Assembly: GCA_030295235.1 (NCBI GenBank)
Contig: AP026128.1
Coordinates: forward strand, 372,001 to 436,000
Source of the DNA: Fistulifera solaris
Taxonomy: Eukaryota
Direction: 5' to 3'
DNA length: 64,000 nt
Part shown: in pieces, positions 48,320 to 61,032 of the stretch
Layout of the letters: each line of letters starts with the position of its first letter
Numbering within the stretch: position 1 is the stretch's first letter
Notes under the pieces: generated by a model
Database searches by the model: none
What the model was told of the DNA's origin: nothing
The model's input: the letters and a program-made list of their open reading frames with translations, nothing else
Program-made: the position numbers and the translations under genes

Positions 48320-48388
48320 TAACTGTTAATATTAGATAGACGTAGACATCACAATATTCAATTAGCTACTAATCCTGAGAGCAAGCCG

Positions 48389-50157
48389 TCATCGCTCGTC
48401 CTCCTTCTTTTCCCCTTGACCTTGTACAAGCCGTTCAAGGGGATCGCGGGGATTAACATGTCTAGTTCTGTTGGCTACTTTGTTTCTCAAGCGGGTCACA
48501 GATGAGTCTTTCTCGCCTTTCTCTTTATCAAAGCGACTTTTCCTCTCAGGATTTCGAAAAGCAGGCTGTTGAAAACGATCTTTCGATCTGTCGACATCGA
48601 TTGGTGATGAAGTGATATCTTCCCATTCACTCAGGTGCGAAGCCTTTCGATGTCTCTTCTTTATACGAGAATGTGATAGGTAGGACGAAGGTGCAACATC
48701 TTCATCGTCTTCCCATTCGCCCCATCCGTATCTTCGGGCAAGGTCGTACACACCACGAGGATCGGCGGCTTCATCTAGAGAAACAGCGTCTCCGGGATAT
48801 GCCCCCAGTAAACTTTTGCTATTTGCCCCAGCCGCAGCTCTGATTCGCCCTAAAAACCCATCCCTGTCGCTGACTTTAAGACTTACACTCTTCTTTCTGT
48901 TTTTCGGCGTCAATGCTGCTTTCGCTACCTGAGTTCTCTGCTGAATATCAAATTCAAATACGATTCTTGGTGTCCTTGATTTTGAATCTCCTCGTTTCGG
49001 CAACAAATCTTTGGTGAGCGCGTCAAGGACCCAGTCCCCCTCTTCCTTTTCCGTTGTGCTTACTCCAGAGCTTTTTTTTAAAGGTAACTTCATCAGTTGC
49101 GCTGTTCTCCGCTTGAGTCGTCGCATACGATCCGAGTCCGTGGCGAGTAAGGAACTCGAGACTCACGTATCTATATTTTGCTTCATGTACATTTCCAACT
49201 CGCTTCAACTGGTCTAAAGCCATTTGATCCGCCTGTTTCGTCAATTTCCTCCGTTGTCTAGATGACTGTCCTGTACGGCGGCTGGACACCGCAGACGATG
49301 CAAGCTGACTCATAGCGCGACGTTCGGGTCTCGTCCGGTCGTTCCGTTGTGGCTGAGGCAGAAAATACGACACGAGGCTGGAAAGAAATGGAACATATGC
49401 ATTGAGATAATCCGTGATGAACATAAGAAGAAGAGCTAACGTTTGACCAACGATGCCTAAATCGAGGAGAAATCGATACAAAGCATTTGGAGGGGGGTAT
49501 CGCCGCACAATCTCTTGCGGTTGGACCTCCTTGTCCGTTTCAATTTCACTGTTTGTTTCTTGAATATTGCCCTGCTCCTGTATCTCTATTTGAACCTCTT
49601 CTGACTCCTCCTCCTGTAACTCTACCTGAACTTCTTCTGAAGATTCCTCTATTTCCTCCCCCTTCCTGTTCGTTATATTCGTCTAATTGTTTTTCTTTGT
49701 CAGAAATACTGTGATTGCGGTTTGTGTGCGGTACAAGATCCCCCTCCTCTTCGTTCGCATCACTGGTCTGGTGACCTTTCATAACTTCTTCATCGCCAGA
49801 TGTACTAGAAGAGTCATCAAATTGTGCTTCGAGTTGTTTCTTTTTTCTTTTCGAGCTTCTGCGTTTTCTCGGACGAGTAGATGCCACAATCACCGTCAAA
49901 TCATCCGGCGACGAGCGCTCGGATGTTTCATCACCTAACGCCGCCAAATTGTTCTCCTCGTCGACTGACGCAATAAGCTCATCAATATAAGCATCCAACG
50001 CCACATCCTCTTCTTTGGATCCGCCCCGAGTGTGTACGCACGGCTTCGTCACAGATGATTCGGATGTGACGACGGTCGAGACGACAGCGAAAAGGAGAGC
50101 GGGAAAACCGTATCGACCACCAAGCGTGCATTTTCTAGACCTAGCAGCGCGCGTCAT
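48389..50157 (-). CDS. Hypothetical protein with N-terminal hydrophobic segment and internal TM segment
   Basis: Three consecutive minus-strand ORFs joinable by frameshifts at ~49530 and ~49075. Signal-like ALLFAVVSTVV followed by RGG. No recognised domain. Confidence 0.6.
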
Positions 50158-50349
50158 TAGGTCGATTCCGGCAAGCGAATGTTAATTGCATTGATTGCCG
50201 GAACTGTGGTGTGTCATGGCCTACTTTGTCGCGTTCGTTGCGCTGTTGCTGAAGTTTTTTTTGCCCTGCTCCTCCCCGTGCGATCCGACATCCGATCGTT
50301 TGTGGTAAAGCAAGAGTTCATTAAGGTGGAGGATAACTCACAAAATTAT

Positions 50350-51078
50350 TGGTCCAGAATTTCTGGACCACCACAGAATTTCTGTATGATGAAAATAACC
50401 TTTCCAGAACTTCTGGAGCGCGCACTTGCTTGATCCAGTTGTTCTGGAACGCAAACAGACAGAATTTCTGTATGATGAGAAACAACATTTCCAGAACTTC
50501 TGGAACGCGCACTTGCTTTAGTTATGATCAAAACACAATTTCCAGAATTTCTGGAATGCGAACTTTCATTCGTTATGATCCAAACCACCGTCTCCAGTTG
50601 TCCTGGAAGTGCACAGCATTTTGGTAGGATCGAAAATACTGGTCCAGAATTTCTGGACCACCACGGAATTTCTGTAACATGAGAAATAACCTATCCAGAA
50701 CTTCTGGAACGTGCACTTTGTTTCGTCATGATCAAACCACAATTTCCAGAACATCTGGATCGCGCACTTGCTTCTGTTATGATCCAAACCACCGTCTCCA
50801 GAATTTCTGGAACGTACACAGCATTTTGGTAGGATCGGAAAAATTGGTCCAGAATTTCTGGACCACCACAGAATTTCTGTATGACAAGAAATAACCTATC
50901 CAGAACTTGCTTTTGTTATGATCAAAACACAATTTCCAGAATTGCTGGAACGCGCACTGGCTTTCGTTATGATCCAAAATAATACCGTGTCCAGTTGTTC
51001 TGGAACGTGCACGGCATTTCGGTTGGATCGAAAAAACTGGTGGTCCAGAATTTCTGGACCACCACGGAATTTCTGTAT
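50350..51078. repeat. Palindromic satellite: ~51-bp monomers in ~200-bp higher-order units
   Basis: About 14 copies of TCCAGAA(C/T)TTCTGGA or variants. Marker monomer TGGTCCAGAATTTCTGGACCACCAC at 50350, 50640, 50845, 51041. Confidence 0.95.
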
Positions 51079-51191
51079 TTGGTTCCATGAAAACCAAAAT
51101 AATCTAGAGCGGTTCAAAGCTATAACCAAATCGAAACTAAAGGAGCTCACAACAACAAGATTTATATAAATACTACTAGGAATAATCATTT

Positions 51192-53496
51192 TTAAGCTGC
51201 AAGGCAATTGGTACCCGTTGCGTCACAGCACAAGGTGCAGCATCCTTCGCTGCAAACGTTTTCAGCTTCGGCACCCTCGGCAAGGCAATCAGCTTCAACC
51301 TCCACCAAAACCGCGTTCGAGCGCAAGCCGCAAAGCTCCTCCGGAACTGGACCTGTTAGATCGTTGCCAGAGACGGAAAAGGTTTGGAGATTGGTCAAAG
51401 CATTCACGTTCGAAGGGATTGCTCCCGAGAAACGATTGTTCTGAGCTCGGAACGTTATCAGGGAACTAACTTCACCAATTTTTGAGCTGAGCGTCCCCGT
51501 AAAGTTACAGTTATAAATGTCGTAACGCCAGAAGCCATCCCTGTAAATTTCTTCCGGAATGTCACCGCCCAATTTTCCGTTGCTGTGAACACGCAAGTCA
51601 CCAAGTATAACAGTGCTGCCCAATTCAGAAGGCAGAGTACCGGAGAAGTCGTTTTCATGCAACCAGAGAGTATCCATCAGCTGAATATTTGCCAACTCGG
51701 ACGGAATCGTTCCGTTCAATTGATTGCGCTGTGCTCTGATGAACGTCAAACTTTTCATTGTTCCAATCTCCGATGGAATAGGACCCGTCAAAAGGTTCTC
51801 AAATAGATAGAGGCCTTTCAGATCACCAAGCCTCGCGATACTCGACTGAATGCTGCCTTCCAAAAGGTTCCCCGCAAGGTTGAGCCGCTGTAGATTCCGC
51901 GTCGCAAAAAGCTCTGACGGGATGCTTCCGGTCATTAGGTTGTAGTGAACTTCGAAATTGATTAAATGCTTAAACTTGGCAATCTCCGTTGGAAGTGTGC
52001 CCTTGATTTCGCCGTACCCAATCGCAAGAGTTTGGAGGAAAGGCAAGTGATGCAGTCCTTCTGGAAAGCTTCCCGTGAAATTCATGCCATCTGCGAAACA
52101 GAGTAAGCAATGAGAATGCTGCATTGAAATACAGATCATGGTTAATCACAAGAAACACTTACTCAAATCAATCGATCGAATCTGACTGAATTCGTCACAG
52201 AAAATGCCAACCCATTTGCACTCGGGCTCTTGGCTGAGCCATCGAACTGATCCAGGGACTGGCGTTCGAACCAACTCCGGCGCGATCGACATGAGCCTCA
52301 TGTACTCACAGATTTCGTCGTCCTCTTCCCCCGGAGGATTGCAAGACCCCCAGGGTCTCGATTCACTAGTAGCGTAGTAGAAGTATGCCGCAATGTAGCG
52401 CTGCATGAGATTGGGGTCATCGGGCGTCAAGGCCATAGGGTCGGAATACGCAACCCATCGAAGTGCTTTTGCGTACGGAGATAGTGGATCTTCCAGAAGA
52501 TCCGCTCCAATGACCCTTGTAACCAGCTCTTCAATATCTAGAGCACCTTGACTACGGCCACCCGCATCGTCGTCTTTACCGAGGGACATTCCAACACCAA
52601 ATCCAACGGCAAGGACCACCACAATGAAAAGACTGAGGGCGGCATACAGACGAAAGCGTCGATTGTGATACAAGGGAGGCTTCGCGTCCGGATCGTATTC
52701 CACTGCCGATGGAATAAAGACGTTCTCGTCTTCTTCCATGACGGGAACGGCGACCGCGAGTCCCTCGGCGTTGTCGTAGCCACCGTATTCAATATCATTT
52801 GGATCGAACAGACCACCGGGGCGCATTTGTCTATCATCAAACAAGTCATCGTCCTCTAACTTGTTGTCGGGAATTTTCTCGGCGAACTCGTCGTCTTTCT
52901 TCATGCCCCCCACTTCGTGAGCTCCATATCCGGCCCGCGATCCGTCGCCTCGATCCTTCTTGTCGTTGGCGTCTGCTTCATAACCTCCTCGTTTCGAGTC
53001 TGCCGGCATCTTTTTGTCGTCGTGAGCATCGTCGGAAGCAAACTGCGCCGTCTTCGACGCGATGCGTTCATCGAGGCGAGAGAGCTCGGCGTAGGGACGA
53101 GGCGCCCCAGTCTTTGCCGCAATGGCGTCTTCCAAGCTTTCTAACTGAGCCTGAGCCGTACCAGCTTGGTCGCTGCGGACCTTGGCATTGATGCGATCTT
53201 CTAGGGACTCAATAGCGTTACGTCCGTTAAAGTCGGCGGCGGCGCCAAACTTTGAGTTGACCGGACGCCCGCCCATGGCCACCGCGCCTGGCTTGGAATC
53301 AAACTGCTCCGAACCAGCCGACGCTAAATGGGGAGGTGCCATACCCTTGTTAATTTTTTTCTTCGATACGCTGATCCAAGCGGGCCGTTTCCTCGGCAGC
53401 AACGGCAGTGACACCCGGTTTTGTTGCTGGGGCATTCTTCGGCCGGGCTATCTCCTTGGCGTCCTTATCTTGTTTCTCCCGTTCGTCGTTGTTCAT
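51192..53496 (-). CDS. Single-pass membrane protein with C-terminal leucine-rich repeats
   Basis: Disordered N-terminus with KPGV/KPGAVA motifs, TM helix LSLFIVVVLAVGFGVGM, SPYAKALRW...QRY...W...EC.W.GI.C cap, plant-type LRRs (N.L.G.IPSEI). Intron ~52161-52092; frameshift in the T-run at ~53355. Possible upstream micro-exon at 54352-54372. Confidence 0.88.
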
Positions 53497-55210
53497 CTTG
53501 GCGTTCAAAAGGAGATTTACCGAGACGTCGTAACTAAGTGCCTGTCTCACAAAACAGGAGAAGAAGCAGAAATTAGTTTCAAGGCAGATCAGTTATTGAC
53601 AATCGACTGGAATAATAGAGAAAACAAGCAAAAGCGCAGGGGGGAGAAGACCAGGAAGGACAACTGTGGCAGCGCGTGACTGCGCTTGTACAGAATGACA
53701 ATGGACTGTGGTCGAAAAAGGCCTCTCCCACATTCATTATTCACAGTTCGTAGCATGTGACCATGGTAGGTTAGAACGTCTAACGCGTTTCACAGTTAAT
53801 ACACTGGTAAGATTATTAGGGAGAACGAACTTCGCTTCGACAGAGGCGCATGCGGAAAAGTAGCGAATGCGACATCAAAGGTCATTCTGCCTGTCCTTTT
53901 GTCCTAGCATTGTTCGTTCGATGGGGAGGAACGGCGAAAGTGAACAACATGGAAATTCCCAGCAGAGGTGCGGTGCCTACGTAGCCACAAAGAAATGCAA
54001 TGATTGCTCCATGTGTGGACGATTGGAAGCGAAATGATGGTCGGTCATTACGGCAAGAATATTAACTGACAAATGGAGGCTTCATTGCATACGTTCGGTC
54101 GTCCGAGTCAAAAACGTCGACGACGACTTTCACACAAGTAAACGAGTGAAGAAGGGGAACAAGAACGCGTGTGGTAGTGTACGTGAAACGCTGACGAGAT
54201 TGTGGAGGGGGAAATGACACGGCACAAGAAAAACGCATAGAAACGAAGTTGCCTCTCCCGGCTTTTCATAATCCCAATCCTCCATTTGCGCAAAATAGAC
54301 ACAATCTTTCTCATCTTCTTTCACAAGAAATCAATTCATTACAAGACTTACGTTATTCGATATTGCTTTCATGTTCTCTGAGCCAGCAATCGCTTTGACC
54401 GCTGGTGCTTTGAATGAGGATTTTTTGTGAGCGAAAAATGGTGCAGAATTGATCCATCAACGATAGGACCTCTCGGATGGCATGTCCCTGTAAACTTGTA
54501 CTAATTCCTCTGTAGAAAAAGGGGGTGAATTTTCTGTTCCCGTATGCCGGTCATTTGATAAGTGTGTCGTACCGCATGTCTTCTTTTTTAAGTAAAGTAT
54601 CGACTGGTACTGGCTTTGTTAAGAAACATCCGTGCTTGGTACTAGTCAAAAGCGCACCTCAGCTATCGCGTCAGCTCTTTTTCTGAACATCTCAAAGTCT
54701 TTTTGTTCTATTGCAATGGTTTTGTTGTGACACCTTGTAAATCTATGAGGATCCACGACTACAGCAGTCCCACATTGCCTGTATTGCGTAAGCCGTTTCG
54801 CGTTGTTGATGTACTATAGTCAATGCATCTCGAGATAGAGCGGTTTTGCGAAAGGTTATTGCAATTTTAACATTGGGAATATCTAGAATGTAAATAAAAG
54901 CCGACTACAATCAAAGTTTGCATGTTCTTCTCACTATCGAAAAGCATCAGCTCGAGCTCACTGACACGGGTTGAGGTCGCGATCATTTTGTTAGATCATG
55001 TTGTTGCGTCGGACAAGCTGAAGAGCGAAAATTATCCAAAGAAGCGACGTCTTCACGCTACAAGAGTTTGGCATAGTAAGGACTGCCACTCTGATCGAAA
55101 GGATTTTGCTTCGTTGTCATCGCGATAATAGGTTGCTAGCCTTCTAAAGCGTACGTTCTTTTCTCGAGAAACAGAACCCATCAGCTGACACGTCAATCAA
55201 CCGAACCATT

Positions 55211-55429
55211 CTATAAATCTTTCCACTTTCCAAGTTCAGCAAGGAGATTCTGTTGCTTCTCCGCAACTCCTCCGGGCGTTCCAACAGAAGTCAAACGCAC
55301 AATATCTCCCAACACTTGATGGATGTTGGAAAGTGCATTCACCGTCGCACTCAATTCCAACAGTAGTTCGTCCTGCTTTTTCGCAATGCGTTCCGCTTTC
55401 GTTGCTGTGACTTGGTCGGAAGAATGCAT
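55211..55429 (-). CDS. Small putative coiled-coil protein (72 aa)
   Basis: ATG-started ORF with amphipathic helical pattern, divergent from the MFS gene. No confident family. Confidence 0.4.
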   Translation of the reverse strand: MHSSDQVTATKAERIAKKQDELLLELSATVNALSNIHQVLGDIVRLTSVGTPGGVAEKQQNLLAELGKWKDL

Positions 55430-55740
55430 AATTCAGTGCAATATTACTTCGAGGGGACGTCTGTTTTGAGAGCTTTGTGACTGCCATTGCATGAAACGTT
55501 CCATGGTGGCGAGGGCGTCGAAAACGTTTTTCGTTGCGCATTATTGCGCAATCCGATGATTCGTGACTCACCACCCGGGACCCTTTTTTCGACCGATGAC
55601 AAAAGTGGACCGCGATGATGACGAGCACGCGATAATTGCGGTCGAGGACGAATGAATTAAACACACAGCGTGCCGAATGGTATTCCTGACTTTTATTAAT
55701 AAGTCATTTTATTTCCTTCTCTATCGTTAACTTCTAGAAG

Positions 55741-57297
55741 ATGGACGCTGACCAGTGTCTGGAAGAACCGTTAATTGGCCAAGAAGTGCATGTAGAAACA
55801 TCGAATACAGAAGAATCTCCGGAAAGCGCCGAGGACGAAGAAAGGTCACAAGACGATGCTATCTTGAATCCGTGGAAGAATCACAATGTACGGTTGTCGT
55901 TTCTCCTTTGCATCGTCAGCGGAATTGCGGATTCCATATGGGGGTCCGTGGTGCTCAGCGGCTTTCTCTTTGCACTCGGCAAAGCCATGGGGAAAACGAA
56001 AGAAGAAAATACGCTAGTTGGTCTAGCCGAAATGGTACAAGGTTTGACGATGCTCATTTTTGCGTTGCCGATTGGGCTTTTAGCCGACAAGACTGGCAAG
56101 GCCAGAGTCGTACGATGGGGCGGTGCATTGCTGTTGTTGACGGTCGGCATTACCCTTTGGGCGTTGCTGGTTATCAATCGAGAGGCTTCCGAGAGTCAAA
56201 AGGCGGCCGATCAATCGTATTACATCCTGCTCGTCGCGCTCGGATTGTGGGGAATTTGCGGTGGTATCTTGAATGGGCCTTCGCAAGCGCTCTTTTCGGA
56301 CTCGATTCCCAAAGGACGGCGTTCCGAGCTGCTCACGTATCTTTACAGCAGTTATCTTATTTCAGCTGCCGTTGGCCCGCTGGTCGGTATCATTATGCTT
56401 TCACAGAGTAATGAAGAAGACTGGTCGTTGAAAGAAATTTTTCCCGTGTTTTTCGTGGGGGTATTACTAGAAATACCGGCAGGAGTTCTCTGCTTCTTCT
56501 TCTCGGAAAAGTATACTGTTCCTGAACCCGATGACGAGCCTCGGCCTGTCGATGAAAGTATTGAAACTCTTAGTATAGACAATCCGGAGCAAACTGAGAC
56601 GGCGAACGTTGTACCTTCTTTGTTGAATGGATATGGGTTGACGAAAGCGGCTGTCCCCTATGTACTGTTCTTCTCCTCTTTGGTCGTTTCCCTAGGAAGT
56701 GGAGCAAGCGTTAAATACTTTCCTTTGTTCTTCAAAGAAATCGGCTTACGGAGCGAAGTTGTTCAGGGAATATTTCTTACTGTTCCAGTGAGTATCTCAT
56801 TCTTCAGTTTTGTCAGTCAAAAGATCAGTCAATCTATGGGACGAGTTGAAACATCTGTCATGTTTAACGTCTGCGGGGTGTTGATGCTCTACTTCATGAC
56901 ATGGCTCAGCCACGATATTCAGGAGGGCGATACAAGTCGACGAATTCTTATTGTAGGTGTTTACTTGTTACGAACTGGAATTATGAACTGTCCTTATCCG
57001 CTACTTGAAAGCATTCTGATGGATGCCGTCCCATCCAACCAAAGGGCGCGCTGGAAGTCACTCGAAAGTATAGCCTCGTTTGGGTGGACGGGAAGTGCTC
57101 TTTTAGGAGGAATTTTATCCGATTCCCACTCCTATGAGTACACATTTGCCATTACTGCAACCATGCAGTTGGTCGGTGGACTGATGCTCATTCCGATCCA
57201 GCATCTGGTCGAGCGCGAACAAGTCGAACCTATCAGTGATGAAGATGTGGCCGATGAGACTAGAACGGACCTTGAAGAGCCTTTATTGACATCGTAG
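55741..57297 (+). CDS. Major facilitator superfamily transporter
   Basis: Intact 518-aa ORF with about 12 TM helices, motif A variant GLLADKTGKARV, and acidic-dileucine-like EEPLI/EEPLL at both termini. Confidence 0.92.
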   Translation: MDADQCLEEPLIGQEVHVETSNTEESPESAEDEERSQDDAILNPWKNHNVRLSFLLCIVSGIADSIWGSVVLSGFLFALGKAMGKTKEENTLVGLAEMVQGLTMLIFALPIGLLADKTGKARVVRWGGALLLLTVGITLWALLVINREASESQKAADQSYYILLVALGLWGICGGILNGPSQALFSDSIPKGRRSELLTYLYSSYLISAAVGPLVGIIMLSQSNEEDWSLKEIFPVFFVGVLLEIPAGVLCFFFSEKYTVPEPDDEPRPVDESIETLSIDNPEQTETANVVPSLLNGYGLTKAAVPYVLFFSSLVVSLGSGASVKYFPLFFKEIGLRSEVVQGIFLTVPVSISFFSFVSQKISQSMGRVETSVMFNVCGVLMLYFMTWLSHDIQEGDTSRRILIVGVYLLRTGIMNCPYPLLESILMDAVPSNQRARWKSLESIASFGWTGSALLGGILSDSHSYEYTFAITATMQLVGGLMLIPIQHLVEREQVEPISDEDVADETRTDLEEPLLTS

Positions 57298-57741
57298 TAT
57301 ACCATTTTAGGGAAAATTTTACTTGGTATTTATAGTGGCTTACCTAGTACTTGACATGCAGCTTACAGCTCTGATTAGGTCAATAGAACTTGCCTAAAGC
57401 ATAGTTTCCAATTTCCGGGACTGGACACAGTTTGAGTCGAGCAACCATTTATACTGCGTTCCTCCTACCGGTACCGGTACAATGCAGACATCAAACATCA
57501 ATTGTCTGAGTGGTTTCCAAAGAGGCGCGCGCCTTTTTCTTTTCCGCAAAATTTGAAATCTCGTTTGTGCACACAAACCATCTTTTTGAATTTGCTTTCG
57601 CACTGCAAACGTTTAAGACCATGAAGAAAATGAAAAAACTTGTCGAAACTCTTTTCATTGTGATAGCTGGATAGCATACTGCGTAGAGCAACAGCGAGTA
57701 CCCCGAAGTTTTTCAAGGTCAACCTTGCAGGTTCGAATGCG

Positions 57742-58759
57742 ATGACGAGGAGCGCGTCCTCGCCCGATTGCGTGCACAGCAGCCGTGTAGATCATCACAG
57801 TCCTTCATCGGGCTGTGATACTCCGTCCCTGGTGACTTCGATAGACAAAGAGCGTAAGATAAACGAATCAAACCTTATTGGGACGGTTGTAAAGAGCTTC
57901 GATTCTGTCGAGCTATCAGTGGATGCTGGAACAACGACGACTCCTTCTCGATCGCAGAAAGCAAAAACAGAACGACAGTTTCAGCGATGGACATCTGCTG
58001 AGGACCGCTTGCTGAAAGTGGGAGTTAGTAAGGGTGACGGTCCACCACACGACTGGACAAAGATTGCCGCCGACCATTTCAATGGTATGCGATCCCCAGG
58101 ACAGGTACGTTTGTCGCTAGCGTCGATCATTTATTCCCAAATTTGACCTCACCCATATCATCGACAAGTGTAAATCAAGGTGGAAGAACGCTTTTTGTCC
58201 GAATGTGAATTACGAACCTTTTACTGAAGATGAAGATAATGCCATCGTATACTATCGACAGCTTGGACTGGGATGGTCGACCATTGCATCTTATCTACCG
58301 GGTCGTATAGCCGAACAAACTCGAGATCGGTTTGTTAATCATATCGATCCTTCATTACGAACAACACCTTGGACCAAGAAAGAAGACGCACTTCTAACAG
58401 AGCTCCAGGCCAAACATGGCAATCGTTGGACTTACATTTCCAAGTACTTGCCAGGTCGGTCGGAAAACTCGATAAAGAACCGCTGGCACAATCGCATGAC
58501 TCGCCAGCGCCGTGCACTACGCCGTGAAGCTGTGACTTCAAAAGTTGCAGAAAATTCGCACACCTCTGAAGCTGCTTTGACGGAACCATTCGTTGCGGAG
58601 GCTGTCCAAAGCGGTCAGCACCTTTCAACTGTCGATATCCAGGAGGACGTTCATCTTCACAAGTTCAGCATCGCCGAAATCGAAAAAATTGAACGAGATT
58701 TAGCGGCATATAGCCACGTTAAAGATGAAGAATTCACCCCGGCTATCAGTGAAGTCTAG
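57742..58759 (+). CDS. MYB transcription factor with three repeats
   Basis: WTSAEDRLL...DWTKIA...RSPGQ|CKSRW (intron ~58105-58168), FTEDED...WSTIASYLPGRIAEQTRDRF, WTKKEDALL...GNRWTYISKYLPGRSENSIKNRW. Confidence 0.92.
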
Positions 58760-58941
58760 GGTGATATTTCACCAGCTAGATGTCAAATTTGTCTTGATCT
58801 CATCGATGCAACGTAAACACGTAAGACGACTGATAGCTAACAACTAGCAAAACTGCCACAGAGTACTTAGTATCTTGACAAATAATCTTTTTAGTTAATC
58901 GTTTAGCTTCGTACAATTATTTATATTAGTGAAGTAGCTCA

Positions 58942-60249
58942 TTACTTTTGCCTGGCTTCCAGAAAGGCTCTTAATTTCGTCATAGCAACCGCTAACTCCT
59001 CCAAGCTCGTTGCGTAGCTGATGCGGATCGTCCCTGGAGCACCGAAACTGCTGCCTGGTACCAAGGCTAACTTCTGCTCTTGCAACAGATCCAGACACAG
59101 TTGCGTATCATCATCACCGTAATACGAGAAATCCGGAAGCACGTAGAAAGCGCCTTGCGGGGGCACCGCCACTTTCACACCATCCATTGTATTTAATTCC
59201 GCCAACACATAATCACGTTTTTGCTTCAACAGCTGAACATTACTTTCTATTTCCTCATCGGACACTTTTTTCGAGAGCGGCAACACCACCCGCTTGTGAC
59301 AGACTGCTCGCACACGATGTCAATTGCGATTGAATGGTGGTGATAGCGCGTGCAATGGGAGCGGGTGCCGCCACATATCCCAGTCGAAGTCCGGTCATGG
59401 CGTGAGCTTTGCTGAAACCGTTGACCGTCATCGTTCGGGAAAACATACCCGGCATGGATGCCACCGAAGGACACTCGTCAATATCGTACACAAGTCGCTC
59501 ATAGATCTCATCCGCCAGTACCTTCACTTGAGGAAAGTCTTGTAATACATCGCATAATTCGGCAAGTTGCTGTTTGGAATAGACGCCACCGGTGGGGTTG
59601 GAAGGGTTACAGAGAATAATGAGTTTGGTCGATGGGTTTTCGTTCAACGCTGTTCGAAGTTGCTCCGCGGTCATCAAATATCCCGTCTCCGCCTTGGTCT
59701 CCACAATGACCGACGTGGATCCCGCCAGGCTGACCATTTCGGGATAACTCGGCCAATACGGCGCTGGAATGATGACCGCATCACCGACACCACTGGTCGC
59801 CAAGAGTGCTTGATACACACTCTGTTTGGCACCATTCCCCACCACAATTTCATTCGCTGGATTGTACTTGACTCCTTTTCGACGTTCCAAATCGGCGGCA
59901 ATGGCTTTGCGGAGCGCCAACGTCCCCGTCACGGCCGTGTAGCGCGTGTCACCTTCTTTCACCGCGGCGGCCAAGGCATCGAGTACCGCCGGAGCCGGCA
60001 AAAATCCGGCTCTCCGACACACAAACTCGTCACGTGAATGCCGTTGGCTTCCATATCCTTTACTTGAGAAAATATTTCAACAGTCTTGCTCGGTTGAATG
60101 GAATCAATAAGTGGATTTAAATACGGTTTGTTGTCGACGGAAGTGGTCTCTCGGAGTTCGCTGGATGATCGGATAGGACGAAGACTGGGAAGCCATGCTT
60201 CTAGCAGTGCTGCGCTCGATAGGATGAGGATTGCTGTCAGTAATTTCAT
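58942..60249 (-). CDS. Class I/II PLP aminotransferase (aspartate/prephenate aminotransferase type), probably plastid-targeted
   Basis: Presequence ending LLEA|WLP, SLCVGEPDF, GAKQS, APYWPSYPEM, CNPSNPTG, DEIYE, NGFSKAHAMTGLRLGY, PQGAFY, IRISYA. Frameshifts at ~60001 and ~59267. Confidence 0.93.
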
Positions 60250-60900
60250 TATTCAATTGATCTCCTTCAAACTGTTGCCTCTCTTTTTACAACATAACAA
60301 CCGGTCGATCGGATCGTCCAAAACGCCAAAATGCGCGCAAACGAAGACGGAGGTTTTGCGTCCAAGAAAATAAGAGCGTACCAAGCACAGACGCCTAGAA
60401 AAATCTGGGCACGAGGTGTTTTTCCGTCCAAAGAAAATCTGGTAATACAATGTTTTCCAAGGACAAAATCTGGGCAAATGGTGATTTCATTTGCAACATA
60501 AGTCTGTGCATTTTGGGCCTCAATGCGCAATGAAAATTTGTCCTTTGGTGACGACTCACGTGCTCACGTGCATATATTTAGTTCGTGACTGAGATGCAGT
60601 CGTGTTAAAATGAATATACACTTTGGGCTATAGTGTGTCTCTAGGTACACAAAAAATCTGTGGTTGTGGTGTGTTTACGTCCACAGAAAATCTGCGGAAA
60701 AGACTATAGGATCATTGTGTTGGTTCAGGGAGACCGTGACTGAATTGCAGTCACGCTCCAATTTTGGAACATAAATAAAAAGAGCGGCGAAAATTTTGAT
60801 TGCACCAAAAACGTTCTTGAATCATTATCTATGGTACATTCTATTGCCATCCATAAATACTTTTGTGTCATGGAACGATAATCGACATCCACTTGATTTC

Positions 60901-60972
60901 CTTCGAAATCTACGTGGATTCCACGTAGCTCTCGTAGGGAAATTTATCGACAGAGGGGGTACCCGGATATTG
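60901..60972 (+). repeat. Dispersed solo copy of the core of the 41949-42596 repeat
   Basis: CTACGTGGATTCCACGTAGCTCTCGTAGGGAAATTTATCGACAGAGGGGGTACCCGGATATTG is nearly identical to 42153-42215. Confidence 0.95.
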
Positions 60973-61032
60973 TTACGTATCTTTCCTCGCGTCGGCAACA
61001 AGGCTCAAAATATAAAGCAATCGTCGAGCACC

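Noticed and set aside
50350..51078. CRISPR array (palindromic repeats with ~35-bp spacers)
   Set aside because: The spacers are homologous to each other and recur in fixed order, there are no cas genes, and the context is eukaryotic. It is a satellite.
60796..61032. N-terminal extension of the 435-aa serine dehydratase ORF
   Set aside because: Starts at TTG and reads through the dispersed repeat core; the first ATG is at 61033.
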